From positions 444,793-508,792 of the forward strand of contig JBMNKH010000004.1 of the NCBI GenBank assembly GCA_050952085.1: a DNA stretch of 64,000 nucleotides, in the 5' to 3' direction. Each line of letters begins with the position of its first letter. Positions within the stretch are counted from its first letter, which is position 1. The notes under the pieces were generated by a model that saw only the letters and a list, made by a program, of their open reading frames with translations, did no database searches and was not told where the DNA came from. Of the stretch, positions 20,663 through 30,343 are shown one piece after another. This DNA comes from Bacillota bacterium. Its GTDB lineage: Bacteria > Bacillota > Sulfobacillia > Fermentithermobacillales > Fermentithermobacillaceae. A program made the translations under genes and the position numbers.

Positions 20663-21640
20663 TTATGCAGTTACTCCTTGTTTCCTGCAATGGGAGTCGA
20701 TAAAACCTGTGATGGCAGCTGCCAGCTTCAGGGAATCGTGCCTGGCCAAATCTCCTCTTGCGAGATAATCGCCGGATATGATCTCATAACCTGCCTGTTT
20801 CAGTTGTTCCAGATCGGCAGTTACCTGATACTTGCCTTCTTCTGCATACTTCCTCAGCACATCCTCAGGAGCGCCTGCTGTGTTGACCAGTACATGGGAA
20901 AACAGTGACCCTGCATGCTTCTCAATAGCCCGTATGTGATCCAATACGGTGAAGTCATCAGTTTCACCTGGTTGGGTCATGACATTGCATATGTAAAGCT
21001 TGGACGCATTGGATTCGTGGATAGCTTGCCTTATCCCCCTGACTAAAAGGTTTGGGATAATAGATGTGAAAAGGCTTCCAGGTCCGATTATGATGCCGTT
21101 GGCATTGCGGATCTGATCTACAGCATCGTCAAGCGCCGGGGGATTTCCAGGACTCAACCGGAGATTCTTGACCCTCCCGTTAGCCAGAGGTATTGCCGCT
21201 TCGCCAAGCACAATGGAGCCGTCTTCCATTTCTGCCACCAGAGATACATTGCTCAGTGTGGCCGGCAACACCTTGCCTTTGACTGCTAGAATCCTGGACA
21301 TAGCCCTGATCGCTTCCTGGAAGTCGCCTGTCATCTCTGTCATGGCGGCCAAGAACAGATTTCCGAAATTGTGCCCTTTCAGCTTGCCCTTTGAGAACCT
21401 GTGGTTGAACAAAGCTGCCATTTCGGGCTCAGCTTCAGCCAGGGCTAGCAGGCAGTTTCTGATATCTCCAGGGGGCAGGATCCCCATGTCTTTCCGGAGC
21501 AGGCCTGAACTGCCGCCGTCATCTGCCACTGTGACAATAGCAGTAATGTCATAGTCGAAGATTTTCAGCCCTCTTAGGACAGTAGCCAGCCCTGTACCCC
21601 CGCCTATGACCACAATCTTGGGACGTAGCTGTTGTTTCAC
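20663..21640 (-). CDS. yvcK: Gluconeogenesis factor / UPF0052 protein YvcK (CofD-like)
   Basis: KIVVIGGGTGLATVLRGLK...TAIVTVADDGGSSG signature. Confidence 0.9.
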   Translation of the reverse strand: MKQQLRPKIVVIGGGTGLATVLRGLKIFDYDITAIVTVADDGGSSGLLRKDMGILPPGDIRNCLLALAEAEPEMAALFNHRFSKGKLKGHNFGNLFLAAMTEMTGDFQEAIRAMSRILAVKGKVLPATLSNVSLVAEMEDGSIVLGEAAIPLANGRVKNLRLSPGNPPALDDAVDQIRNANGIIIGPGSLFTSIIPNLLVRGIRQAIHESNASKLYICNVMTQPGETDDFTVLDHIRAIEKHAGSLFSHVLVNTAGAPEDVLRKYAEEGKYQVTADLEQLKQAGYEIISGDYLARGDLARHDSLKLAAAITGFIDSHCRKQGVTA

Positions 21641-22533
21641 TAGGCAGGACCTCCGGATTCCCCAATATGGATATCCCTGTGCTCTACAACAACCATATGT
21701 TCCTTAGACTCAAAATAGGATTTCAAGTGTTCCGCAATGGCTACCGATCTGTGCTGCCCTCCGGTACATCCTATGGCAACTGTAAGGTGCGTCTTGCCTT
21801 CTTCAATGAAATTAGGCAACAGGAAATCCATGAAGTCCGTGAGGTGACGTAAGAACCTCCTTGTGAGGGCTGAATCCAGGACAAACTTGGATACCTGCAG
21901 CTCTAGCCCTGTGAGAGGCTGCAATTCGGCTACATAATGGGGGTTGGGCACAAACCGCACGTCAAACACTAGATCTGCATCTTTGGGCAGGCCGTGTTTG
22001 AACCCAAAGGATATGATGGTGATGATTAGTTTCTTTATCTTAGTATGGCGCGATATGATTTCAAGCAGCCCTTTTCTAAACTCTGCCGGAGTAAGGTTCG
22101 ATGTGTCAACGATCGTAGTTGCCCGGTCGCGTATAGACTTAAGGCGGTTCCGTTCATCCTTGATTGCCTCTAGGATTCCCCCTTGGCCGGAAAGGGGATG
22201 CCTTCTCCGTGTAAGTTTGTAACGTTTGATCAAGGTGTCGTCATCTGCTTCCAGGAACAAGATCAAGGGATTTATCCCCGAAGATGTCATCTGTTCCATG
22301 GCGTCTGCAAGGTCCTGGAAGAATTCGCCGCCCCTGATGTCAACAACCAGGGCAATCTTCTCCCTAGGCTCTACTCCTTGGGAGCAAAGCTCCATGAACT
22401 TGGGAATCAGGGACGGGGGGAGGTTGTCCACACAGAAGTACCCAAGATCCTCCAGGGTTTTTAGGGCGTGCGACTTTCCGGCGCCAGACAACCCTGTAAT
22501 TATGACGATACTTGCATTTGGGTTCAAGTACAC
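21640..22533 (-). CDS. rapZ: RNase adapter protein RapZ (P-loop NTPase YvcJ)
   Basis: IVIITGLSGAGKSHALKTLEDLGYFCVDNLP Walker A and family-typical C-terminal domain. Stop overlaps the yvcK start. Confidence 0.92.
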   Translation of the reverse strand: MYLNPNASIVIITGLSGAGKSHALKTLEDLGYFCVDNLPPSLIPKFMELCSQGVEPREKIALVVDIRGGEFFQDLADAMEQMTSSGINPLILFLEADDDTLIKRYKLTRRRHPLSGQGGILEAIKDERNRLKSIRDRATTIVDTSNLTPAEFRKGLLEIISRHTKIKKLIITIISFGFKHGLPKDADLVFDVRFVPNPHYVAELQPLTGLELQVSKFVLDSALTRRFLRHLTDFMDFLLPNFIEEGKTHLTVAIGCTGGQHRSVAIAEHLKSYFESKEHMVVVEHRDIHIGESGGPA

Positions 22534-22609
22534 ATCGACCTCAATTCAAAGAATGACGCTACTCAAAGATACCACTAGGTCAACGTCTGAAAACTTGACT
22601 TCCGGCATC

Positions 22610-23422
22610 TCAACTCCTGGCCGGGCTAACTCCCATAGATTGCCAAAGCTTGGCGTACAAATGGGGCTTGACCAGGAAATTTAAGTCAGCACCTTCCTGC
22701 CGCGACTTGTAAATACTCTTACCCTTGTACAAGCCCAATTCCGGGATATCCACCGGTTCTTGGAGCCGCGGCTTGGGATGGGTTCCGTAACTGTCGTTGG
22801 GCATGAAAATGCTTTTTCCCCTATATTCAACATTATAATACGCCATACCTTTTCTGGCTCTGATCGGCTCATATATTGAGGAAAAATCCCTGGCAATCCA
22901 GTTAGCCATTACCAAAGGCCCGCTTTCAGGGTTTACTGTCACGTGTCCGTAGAACGGCGGGATTAGCAAAACATCCCCTTTCTCAAAATCGGCGATCACG
23001 AAGTCCTCAATCTCGCCTGTGACATCCCCGCCCTTTTGCATGAGAAAGTGAGCTTTGCCGTAAAGCACCTGGTATACTTCTGGATATGTATACAGTTGCC
23101 CTGGAGCCATGGGGTGGTAATGCCCTAAGGTCTTAATGTATTCAGAACCGATCTTGCCTGGATGGATCACTGTGATATCGTAGCGCAACCCGGCATTCAT
23201 CATAGGTATCCTGTCGCTTTCAAGGCCTGTTGCCCTATACATGTGGTAGAGAACGTCAGGCCCGCTTTGCTCAGGGTACAGCAATACTTCAGCCATGTCA
23301 CTGCGCCTTCTGGCTTCAGGTTCAGCTACTATCACGCCTTGGCCAAACTCCAGGAAGCCGTCGTCTTTTAACGCTACGGGAAAACCTGCAATATCCGAAA
23401 GATCTATCATGTTGTCGCTCAC
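22610..23422 (-). CDS. Cupin-type glucose-6-phosphate isomerase family protein (archaeal-type cPGI)
   Basis: TVIHPGKIGSEYIKTLGHYH...GDVLLIPPFYGHVTVN matches the metal-binding cupin motifs of the cPGI family. Confidence 0.68.
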   Translation of the reverse strand: MSDNMIDLSDIAGFPVALKDDGFLEFGQGVIVAEPEARRRSDMAEVLLYPEQSGPDVLYHMYRATGLESDRIPMMNAGLRYDITVIHPGKIGSEYIKTLGHYHPMAPGQLYTYPEVYQVLYGKAHFLMQKGGDVTGEIEDFVIADFEKGDVLLIPPFYGHVTVNPESGPLVMANWIARDFSSIYEPIRARKGMAYYNVEYRGKSIFMPNDSYGTHPKPRLQEPVDIPELGLYKGKSIYKSRQEGADLNFLVKPHLYAKLWQSMGVSPARS

Positions 23423-23429
23423 CTCTTGT

Positions 23430-23993
23430 TTAGTTTGTGTCCTTTAGCCTTCTAGGCTTGCAGATTATCTCGAGGATTTGTGTGTCAAATATTGCGTTGG
23501 CGTGAGCCGGTAGGAGTACCAGGGCTGTATCTGCACCCCTGCTTGTGCCTCCTACTGCTATTACAGGTTCTCCGTAAGGGATGAGGCCTGCATCCAGGGC
23601 CATGGTTGCAATCTCAACTGCTACTTTGGTACCCTGCGAAAACATCCTCAACGTGTGGGAAATCAGCCCTCCAGGGTAGAGCCCGCCGAACTTACCGGTG
23701 ACGGCCCTTTCCACGTTGGCGAACAGGTGGGTAGTGGTTAAGACTTCAGCGCCCTGCTTCTTGAGTGTTTCCCTTGCTTCTGGGCTCATTTCGTCAAATC
23801 CGGGCTCACGGAATCCTACGTGGTGGGTTACGCACACGACCTTAGGACCCTTCTCAACAAAGAAGTTTGCAGTGTAACCTGTGTTTGAAGCTACCACTAT
23901 GTGGTTTATGCCCAATTCCCCGGCCCGTTTGAGCGCCAGCCGGGCAACTTCTTCCGTGTTATGTTTTCCGGGGCTGTCGAAATACACGGTCAT
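23430..23993 (-). CDS. Pyruvate kinase alpha/beta (C-terminal) domain-like protein
   Basis: About 185-aa stand-alone PK_C-like fold (INHIVVASNTGYTA...VAVEIATMALDAGLI...VIAVGGT). Confidence 0.65.
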   Translation of the reverse strand: MTVYFDSPGKHNTEEVARLALKRAGELGINHIVVASNTGYTANFFVEKGPKVVCVTHHVGFREPGFDEMSPEARETLKKQGAEVLTTTHLFANVERAVTGKFGGLYPGGLISHTLRMFSQGTKVAVEIATMALDAGLIPYGEPVIAVGGTSRGADTALVLLPAHANAIFDTQILEIICKPRRLKDTN

Positions 23994-24071
23994 CTAAATC
24001 ACTCCTTTACCAGTCTGTCACTACCAATAATACACAATAACCAAGCAAAACAAACGATGAAAACTGTGACC

Positions 24072-24590
24072 GGTGGAGGTTGATTGATTTTGGTACCGCG
24101 TTTGTTCTGAAGGTGGTTGATTTTAGTGCCAGGTTGGGGCAAAGCTGGTTGATTTCAGTATCAGGTTCGTGGCGAAAGCGGTCGGTTCTGGTACCGGCTT
24201 TGCGCCAAGAGTGGCCGGTTTTGATACCAGGTTGAGCCGGAACTGGTCGATTCGGGTATCAGGTTTGGGGTAGAAGTGGTCGATTTTAGTACCAGGCAAA
24301 GCATCAACTTGGTTGATTTTGATACCACCTCTGCCAGTGCCTGCTTGAATTTGGTACCAGGTTGCCGGCGAACCTGGTTGGTTTTGGTACCGGGTTTGCT
24401 CCAAAGGTGGTTGGTTCCCATTCCAGGTTAGGCCAGCACTGGTTGATCTTAGGCCCATGTTTGGCGTTGGGATGATCGGATTTGGTACCAGCTGTGCGCT
24501 AAAGGTGGTCAATTTCGATACCAGGCAGGGTGGACACGGTGATTTTACCAGGTCCGGGGCTAAGTGATAGGCTTCGATATCAGCTGATAC
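24072..24590. repeat. Tandem array of about 15 degenerate units with a 33-bp period. Each unit has a palindromic core (consensus GGTTGATTTTGGTACCAGG, containing TTGGTACCAA) plus a 12-16 nt variable segment.
   Basis: Seen directly in the sequence. Units start near 24078, 24112, 24146, 24180, 24214, 24246, 24278, 24311, 24348, 24376, 24409, 24441, 24478, 24507 and 24541. Occupies the 710-bp divergent intergenic region between the PK-like gene and cdaA. Confidence 0.85.
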
Positions 24591-24705
24591 TGTTCCCTGG
24601 AATTTCCTTCTGCAAGTAACGCTGCAGTAAACAGCTAAAAAAAGGGTTCCTTAAGCAGCGGGCGAATGATATCCTATAGACATAAGGAAAGGGAGTGGGC
24701 AGTTC

Positions 24706-25476
24706 TTGCTGGAACAGCTTCGTTTCTTCACCTGGCAGGATGTGTTGCTTGCCATAGTCGATATTGCAGTTGTGGCGTACTTGTTCTACAAGATTTTTAC
24801 GCTCATCCGTGGGACAAGAGCTGTTCAGCTCCTTAAAGGTGTCGCTTTTCTGTTTGTCCTCGTGTCCCTCACCCAGTGGGCGAGGCTTTACACTATCAAC
24901 TGGATCTTGGTCCAGGTAAGGACCATGCTGCTGGTAGCCCTGCCCATTGTGTTCCAGCCCGAGCTGCGGCGAGGGCTTGAGCAGATAGGGCGCGGCAGGT
25001 TGTTTTCCCGATCCTTGCTCCGCCTTGAGGAACACGATGTGGAGAAGACAGTGGATGAACTGGTCACAGCGTGCTTCAACCTGTCCTCCCAGAAAACCGG
25101 CGGGCTTATTGTGCTTGAGAGGGAAACAGGACTTGAGGAGTACATGGAAGATGCGATCCGCATAGACGGCCTTGTAACAAGCCAACTGGTTGAGAATATT
25201 TTTGTGTTTGGGAGCCCGCTTCACGACGGCGCCGTCATCATAAGAGGAGACAGGGTTGCTGCAGCTGCAAGTTTTCTTCCCCCAACCCAGGACCCTGTAA
25301 CAGTTGAACTGGGTTCCAGGCACAGGGCGGCCCTGGGGATCACCCAGGTGTCTGATGCTGTGGCCATCGTGATATCTGAGGAAACCGGCACAGTCTCCCT
25401 GGCGTCAGGAGGAAGGTTGATCAGGGGGCTTGATGCCAAGACCTTGAGGGAAAAGCTTTTGGAAGCACTTGCTTAG
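24706..25476 (+). CDS. cdaA: Diadenylate cyclase CdaA (DisA_N/DAC domain, three N-terminal TM helices)
   Basis: DAC motifs GSPLHDGAVIIRGDRV and SRHRAALGITQVSDAVAIVISEETGTVSLA. TTG start after an AAAGGGAG RBS. Followed by cdaR and glmM. Confidence 0.88.
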   Translation: MLEQLRFFTWQDVLLAIVDIAVVAYLFYKIFTLIRGTRAVQLLKGVAFLFVLVSLTQWARLYTINWILVQVRTMLLVALPIVFQPELRRGLEQIGRGRLFSRSLLRLEEHDVEKTVDELVTACFNLSSQKTGGLIVLERETGLEEYMEDAIRIDGLVTSQLVENIFVFGSPLHDGAVIIRGDRVAAAASFLPPTQDPVTVELGSRHRAALGITQVSDAVAIVISEETGTVSLASGGRLIRGLDAKTLREKLLEALA

Positions 25477-25514
25477 CCATTGGTTATTCAAATTTCCAGC
25501 CGGAGGCCTGGTGA

Positions 25515-26729
25515 ATGATTCGGAAGGTAATAACTAACGATTATACAGCGAAAATAATCTCTGTGATTCTGGCCCTGATCGTTTGGGTCCAGGTCTTTAA
25601 CGATAAGAACCCTTTGGAGAGGCGGATTTTCGCGGTAGATGTGGTCCCCAAGGAAGTCAGTGAGGAGATCATCATCGTTTCGACTGATCCTCCTAAAGTC
25701 AATGTTACTTTTGAAGGACGTGCCAGGACCCTTGACGAGATCGATGAAGAGAGCCTAAAGGCGGTCGCTAACCTGTCTGAGGCCGGTGAAGGCATGTTCA
25801 CCGCTGAATTGTCGGTTGATGCCCCCTATGGTGTGAAAATCGTGGAAATAAATCCCCAACTAGTCAGTTTCCACGTGGACGTAATGTCCGCTGCAGACAT
25901 TGGAGTGGCGATCGAAGCCCTGGGATACCCCCACGAAGACTTTGAAAAGGGAGAGCCTATACCTTCTACCGGCACAGTAAGGGTTACAGGGCCTAAGAGG
26001 TTGGTAGAAAGGGTCAAGTATGTTCAAGGTATCGTGGATATTTCAGGCGCGCGGGAAGCGATAACCTCAGTGGTCAAGCTGTCAGCCCGTGACGGGGCCG
26101 GCAATGAAGTCTCGGGAGTCAGCATTGAACCGAATCAGGTGCATGTTACCGTGCCCCTCAATTCTCTTCCGCCGTCAAAGATTGTACCTGTACAGGCTGT
26201 AGTCGGCGGTACACCAAAGGCCGGATTTGCCGTAGGACCTGTTTCAGCCAGTCCTGCCCAGGTGAAAATAAGGGCTCCTGAACCGGTGCTGAGAAACATC
26301 GGGCATATATCTACGAAACCCATTGACGTAACAGGAAAAGACAGCACCTTCCTGCATCAGGCTACCCTTGATCTGCCCCAGGGGGTAACCGTACAGGACG
26401 GGCGTGTACTAATTACAGTTGAAATTGTTGAAGACATCACCACCAAGACCTACGAAGGTGTAATCGTACAACTTGAATCTCCGCCTGTGGGCTATGCGTG
26501 GGAGATCGACCCTGCGATAGTGGATGTAGATATTACAGGACGGAGCGATATCTTAGATAAAATAGCCAAGGACGACATAACAGTATATATAGATGCCTAC
26601 GGTAGGACCGAGGGTACTGCAGATCTGGTGGTTGCCTACAGGATACGAACTCCTGAAGGCACTGACCCGGACATGCTGCAAGTGGACATCAAACCCGCCC
26701 GGGTCAAGCTTACTTTGACCAAACGGTAA
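25515..26729 (+). CDS. cdaR: CdaA regulatory protein CdaR (YbbR-like repeats)
   Basis: N-terminal TM anchor followed by repeated YbbR-type beta domains. Conserved position in the cdaA-cdaR-glmM operon. Confidence 0.85.
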   Translation: MIRKVITNDYTAKIISVILALIVWVQVFNDKNPLERRIFAVDVVPKEVSEEIIIVSTDPPKVNVTFEGRARTLDEIDEESLKAVANLSEAGEGMFTAELSVDAPYGVKIVEINPQLVSFHVDVMSAADIGVAIEALGYPHEDFEKGEPIPSTGTVRVTGPKRLVERVKYVQGIVDISGAREAITSVVKLSARDGAGNEVSGVSIEPNQVHVTVPLNSLPPSKIVPVQAVVGGTPKAGFAVGPVSASPAQVKIRAPEPVLRNIGHISTKPIDVTGKDSTFLHQATLDLPQGVTVQDGRVLITVEIVEDITTKTYEGVIVQLESPPVGYAWEIDPAIVDVDITGRSDILDKIAKDDITVYIDAYGRTEGTADLVVAYRIRTPEGTDPDMLQVDIKPARVKLTLTKR

Positions 26730-26825
26730 CACCGGAGCTCCTGACGCCATAGCTAACAGAAGAGCAGGAGGCAACAGTACAGCCGTAGGTAACAGGGCAA
26801 TGGAAAAGAACCGGAGGGTACTTGG

Positions 26826-28187
26826 ATGAATCTGTTCGGAACTGACGGTATCCGTGGTATAGCTAACGAGGATTTGATATGTGAAGTTGCTTTCAAACTG
26901 GGCCAGGCTGTGGGCCTGCACCTTTCGCCGGGCAAGCCGGTTTGCGTAGGAAAAGACACAAGGATTTCCGGCGGCATGCTGGAAGCAGCTCTTGTCGCAG
27001 GAATCACTTCTACAGGAAGAGATGCAGTATGCCTGGGAGTGATCACCACTCCGGGGCTTTCTTTTGTTGTGAGCCGTTTCAACATGGGCGGCGGGGTGAT
27101 GATTTCTGCATCCCACAATCCTTTTGAATATAACGGGCTCAAAGTGTTCGGCCCTGACGGCAGGAAGATTTCAGAAGATACCGAGCTAGTGTTTTCCCGC
27201 ATGATACTCAGGGAATCCGACAACTACCCCCGGCCGGTAGGTGCAGAGGTTGGCAGGGTTATCGACGGAAGCCGGATGGTCAGAGACTATATCGGGTTTC
27301 TCAGCAACTTCTTGGAAGCTGGCATGGCCAGGCTAAGGGTTGTAATTGATACAGCTAACGGCTCTGCATCTTACCTTGCCCCTGAAGTGTGGAAGGCTCT
27401 CAGTGGGAATGTGAAGGTTATCAACTGCAGCCCTGACGGGGTCAACATCAACCAAGAGTGTGGTTCGACAAACCCGTCACTCCTGGCCCAGGAGGTAGCC
27501 TGGGGCGATTATGATGTGGGCTTTGCATACGACGGGGACGGTGACAGGTGTATAGCCGTTGACGAGAAGGGTAATGTGCTTAACGGAGACCACATAATGG
27601 CGATTATGGCTTCAGATATGGCTGCAAGCAGCCGGCTCGCTGGGAACACGGTTGTAGGAACGGTAATGGCAAACCTAGGGCTGGAGTTGTACCTGGCTTC
27701 ATGCGGGATAAGCTTGCTCAGGACTCCTGTGGGAGACCGCTTCGTACTCGAGGAGATGGAACGTGGCGGGTATACTCTGGGCGGCGAGCAGTCAGGCCAT
27801 ATTATCTTCGGCGACATTCTGCCGGCAGGTGACGGGATGTTAACATCCCTGAACCTGGCACGCGTGCTTGCCAAGTCAGGCCGGAGACTGTCGGAACTGG
27901 CTTCGGTTGTGAAAGAAGCGCCTCAGATCTTGGTAAACGTGAAATCCCAGTACCCTGACAAGGTTGTGAGCCTGCCCCAGGTGCAGGCAGCTGTCAGGAA
28001 GGTAAGCAAGGACCTTGAAGGCGTAGGGCGGGTGGTGGTACGCCCCTCAGGCACAGAACCCTTGGTCAGGATAATGGTTGAATCACAGGATAGCGCCATG
28101 GTTGACAAGTGCGTTGACTACCTTAAATCAGTGATTACAGAGCAAATCAGGTCGGGGGCTTCCAATTTGAAACCCCCAACCGCTTAG
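26826..28187 (+). CDS. glmM: Phosphoglucosamine mutase
   Basis: LFGTDGIRG, active-site serine loop ISASHNPFEYNGLKVF, FAYDGDGDR metal-binding loop. Confidence 0.93.
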   Translation: MNLFGTDGIRGIANEDLICEVAFKLGQAVGLHLSPGKPVCVGKDTRISGGMLEAALVAGITSTGRDAVCLGVITTPGLSFVVSRFNMGGGVMISASHNPFEYNGLKVFGPDGRKISEDTELVFSRMILRESDNYPRPVGAEVGRVIDGSRMVRDYIGFLSNFLEAGMARLRVVIDTANGSASYLAPEVWKALSGNVKVINCSPDGVNINQECGSTNPSLLAQEVAWGDYDVGFAYDGDGDRCIAVDEKGNVLNGDHIMAIMASDMAASSRLAGNTVVGTVMANLGLELYLASCGISLLRTPVGDRFVLEEMERGGYTLGGEQSGHIIFGDILPAGDGMLTSLNLARVLAKSGRRLSELASVVKEAPQILVNVKSQYPDKVVSLPQVQAAVRKVSKDLEGVGRVVVRPSGTEPLVRIMVESQDSAMVDKCVDYLKSVITEQIRSGASNLKPPTA

Positions 28188-29626
28188 ATCTTCATCAATT
28201 GGTCAAATAATGCCCTCCAGGTACGCCATGCTTTGCCAGCTTGTGCATTGGTGTAGTCCGTGAGCATTGCACGGGCTTTCCCCGGGTCGCGCTTGAATAC
28301 GTCGTATACCTGCCGTTCAAAGGCTGACTGGGAGTCCGCCCACAGTTGTTCCAGGGCATCCCTTGTCTTTTCGATCTCCGGCAGCACTTCGGCGTATGCA
28401 GCGTCGGCAAGGTCTTGGACGCTTTGGAAAGCCCACCACGCACGGCCGGGACGGTATGACAGGTCAGCTTGTGGAACGTTGAAGTGACTTGCCAGGGCCA
28501 TTTCCGGCGATATCCAACTGTAACCCGCAGGTATCTTAGTAATCCCAAGGTACCAGGGTACATACGGGCTTGTACACGGATTCAACAGAGTCCGCCATAT
28601 GCATGTGAATTCAGGCTGCTCCCTGAATTGAATCACAAAACTCTCAAGGGTAGTTGAAGTGCAAATGGTACGTCTGCCTGTCCTGTGGGGGTTTACGAGG
28701 TAGCCTTCAGACAAGTCATCATCAGTCCCCTCGTAGTGGGTGCGCATGATTGCCTTTACATCTTCAACTCCCAGCTTTTCAGGAGGTTTCACCGAAAACG
28801 CCCGCAGGTCTTCTGGTTCACGTTTGAGGATGAGCCTCAAAGCGTTCTTGTGGCGCACCATGTTCCCGTCCTGATTCTTTTCAGGGTCCTGGTAAGCTAG
28901 TGCAAAACTGAAATCGCTGTAGTCTCCCTGGCGTTGCGGGCTGTACCAGCCACGGCTAATGGCATAGCTAATGATGTCATCCGATGCAATGTAGTTATCT
29001 TTGTCTGACAAGTCCACCTGGTGGATTGTGTACCAATTGGGTATGAACATCACTTCGTCATCTGGAACCCTCTTTGCCACATAGTGCTTTCCTTGCACCA
29101 CCTGGAGCACCCAGCCTTCGTTCTTGTCCACAATCTGGTATGCGCGACCTGACGCTGTGTACCCGTATTTGTCTATCAGCGCTGCTGCTATTTCAACGCC
29201 TTCCCTGGCAGTTCTGGCCCTTTGGGCGATAAGGTGCCCTAAGCCGTACCCGATCCCTCCGTTGGTAATCTCAGGGCGGTCTTCCCTGGAAGGGGAGCAG
29301 TTGTCAGTAGCTACTGCTACGCCCCATTCGTTGATAAACGTATCGCTGAAAGATGCCTTCCAGCTAGCTCTCGTTTCTGACCAAAGGTATGCCCAGGTTT
29401 GCTCAACCTGGGGGATCTTGGCGCATCCGGCTTCGAATTCAAGCAGTTTTCCCCGCTCATGGGTTGCCCTGGGAACCAGGTGCTGCATCATGACGTTGTA
29501 GCCGGCATCGTCTTCGTTGTGCCCGAAGAGCACTTCGCCTGTTGCCGAGGCTTTCTTGCCGACAATTATTGCGCTGCAGTCTTCCAGGGCAGCTTCGTCA
29601 CGGACTTCAACAGGAATCTGGCCCAT
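28184..29626 (-). CDS. C69 family dipeptidase
   Basis: Cys nucleophile near the N-terminus (LEDCSAIIVGKKASATGEVLFGHNED) and length of about 480 aa typical of Peptidase_C69. Confidence 0.78.
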   Translation of the reverse strand: MGQIPVEVRDEAALEDCSAIIVGKKASATGEVLFGHNEDDAGYNVMMQHLVPRATHERGKLLEFEAGCAKIPQVEQTWAYLWSETRASWKASFSDTFINEWGVAVATDNCSPSREDRPEITNGGIGYGLGHLIAQRARTAREGVEIAAALIDKYGYTASGRAYQIVDKNEGWVLQVVQGKHYVAKRVPDDEVMFIPNWYTIHQVDLSDKDNYIASDDIISYAISRGWYSPQRQGDYSDFSFALAYQDPEKNQDGNMVRHKNALRLILKREPEDLRAFSVKPPEKLGVEDVKAIMRTHYEGTDDDLSEGYLVNPHRTGRRTICTSTTLESFVIQFREQPEFTCIWRTLLNPCTSPYVPWYLGITKIPAGYSWISPEMALASHFNVPQADLSYRPGRAWWAFQSVQDLADAAYAEVLPEIEKTRDALEQLWADSQSAFERQVYDVFKRDPGKARAMLTDYTNAQAGKAWRTWRALFDQLMKI

Positions 29627-29773
29627 AGTTGTGCTCCTCCTGTCTTTGTGGCTTAACTCTAGCCTAGAGCTTTCCTCAGAACCCGGATGTTGTTTTCAAT
29701 ACGCAGCTAGGCGTCTCCTGCTCACAAATAGCGATACTTAATTGACAAAGGGCCCTGTTTCGACTGCAATATA

Positions 29774-30194
29774 TATGAAAGGCGTGATGGATGTGGTTAA
29801 GCTCGGACCCCTTCGTGTAGGCCTGGATGTAGTAGTTGTATCCCGCGTGAAGCAGATGTACGAAAAGAGGCCCCGGCAATTTGTTCAAAGGCTTTTCAGC
29901 AAAGATGAGGCGACATACTGTTTGGCTGCGGCCCGGCCATGCCGGCGGTACCAACGGTTCGCAGGGCGTATAGCTGCCAAGGAAGCGGTAATGAAGGTGC
30001 TTGGTAAGGGGTGGCCTCATGTACCGTGGACCGACATCGAAATAGACCGCGACGGGTCTGGGCAGCCTATAGCCAAACTAAGGGGCAGGGCGCTGGAACT
30101 CATGGAGCGGCACAAACTGGCGCACATACAGGTTTCTATCACCCATGACGGGGAGATAGCTGTCGCCGTTGCAGTTGGGATTCCCAAGACTTGA
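29774..30194 (+). CDS. acpS: Holo-[acyl-carrier-protein] synthase
   Basis: LRVGLDVVVVSRV...RFAGRIAAKEAVMKVLG...HIQVSITHDGEIAVAVAV. The start could also be 29742 or 29786. Confidence 0.85.
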
Positions 30195-30343
30195 AGCCCC
30201 GTCGAAGGTTACTTAGAAGCCGGGCGTGCCGCCGGCCTAACCAGGCCGCGAATAACAGTGTAGTTCCGGCTTACCGGAATATGGGTCAAGCTGTTTCATT
30301 GCAGAATCCGGCAAAATCCAGGAGTCAGGCAGGAGTTGGTTGC

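Noticed and set aside
24123-24512. 129-aa and 86-aa minus-strand ORFs spanning the 33-bp repeat array (apparent 11-residue peptide repeat)
   Set aside because: Conservation is a contiguous DNA block per unit rather than a codon pattern. Reading frames are not maintained across all units. There is no RBS or start context. The ORFs are interpreted as artefacts of a non-coding repeat.
24580-25323. 247-aa ORF antisense to cdaA
   Set aside because: It overlaps a well-supported conserved gene on the opposite strand. It has no recognisable domains and looks like a typical shadow ORF.
30191-30343. N-terminal 51-residue extension of the nnr ORF (MKPRRRLLRSRACRR...)
   Set aside because: It is Arg-rich with no family match. 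A good RBS and ATG at 30344 begin the conserved YjeF_N sequence.
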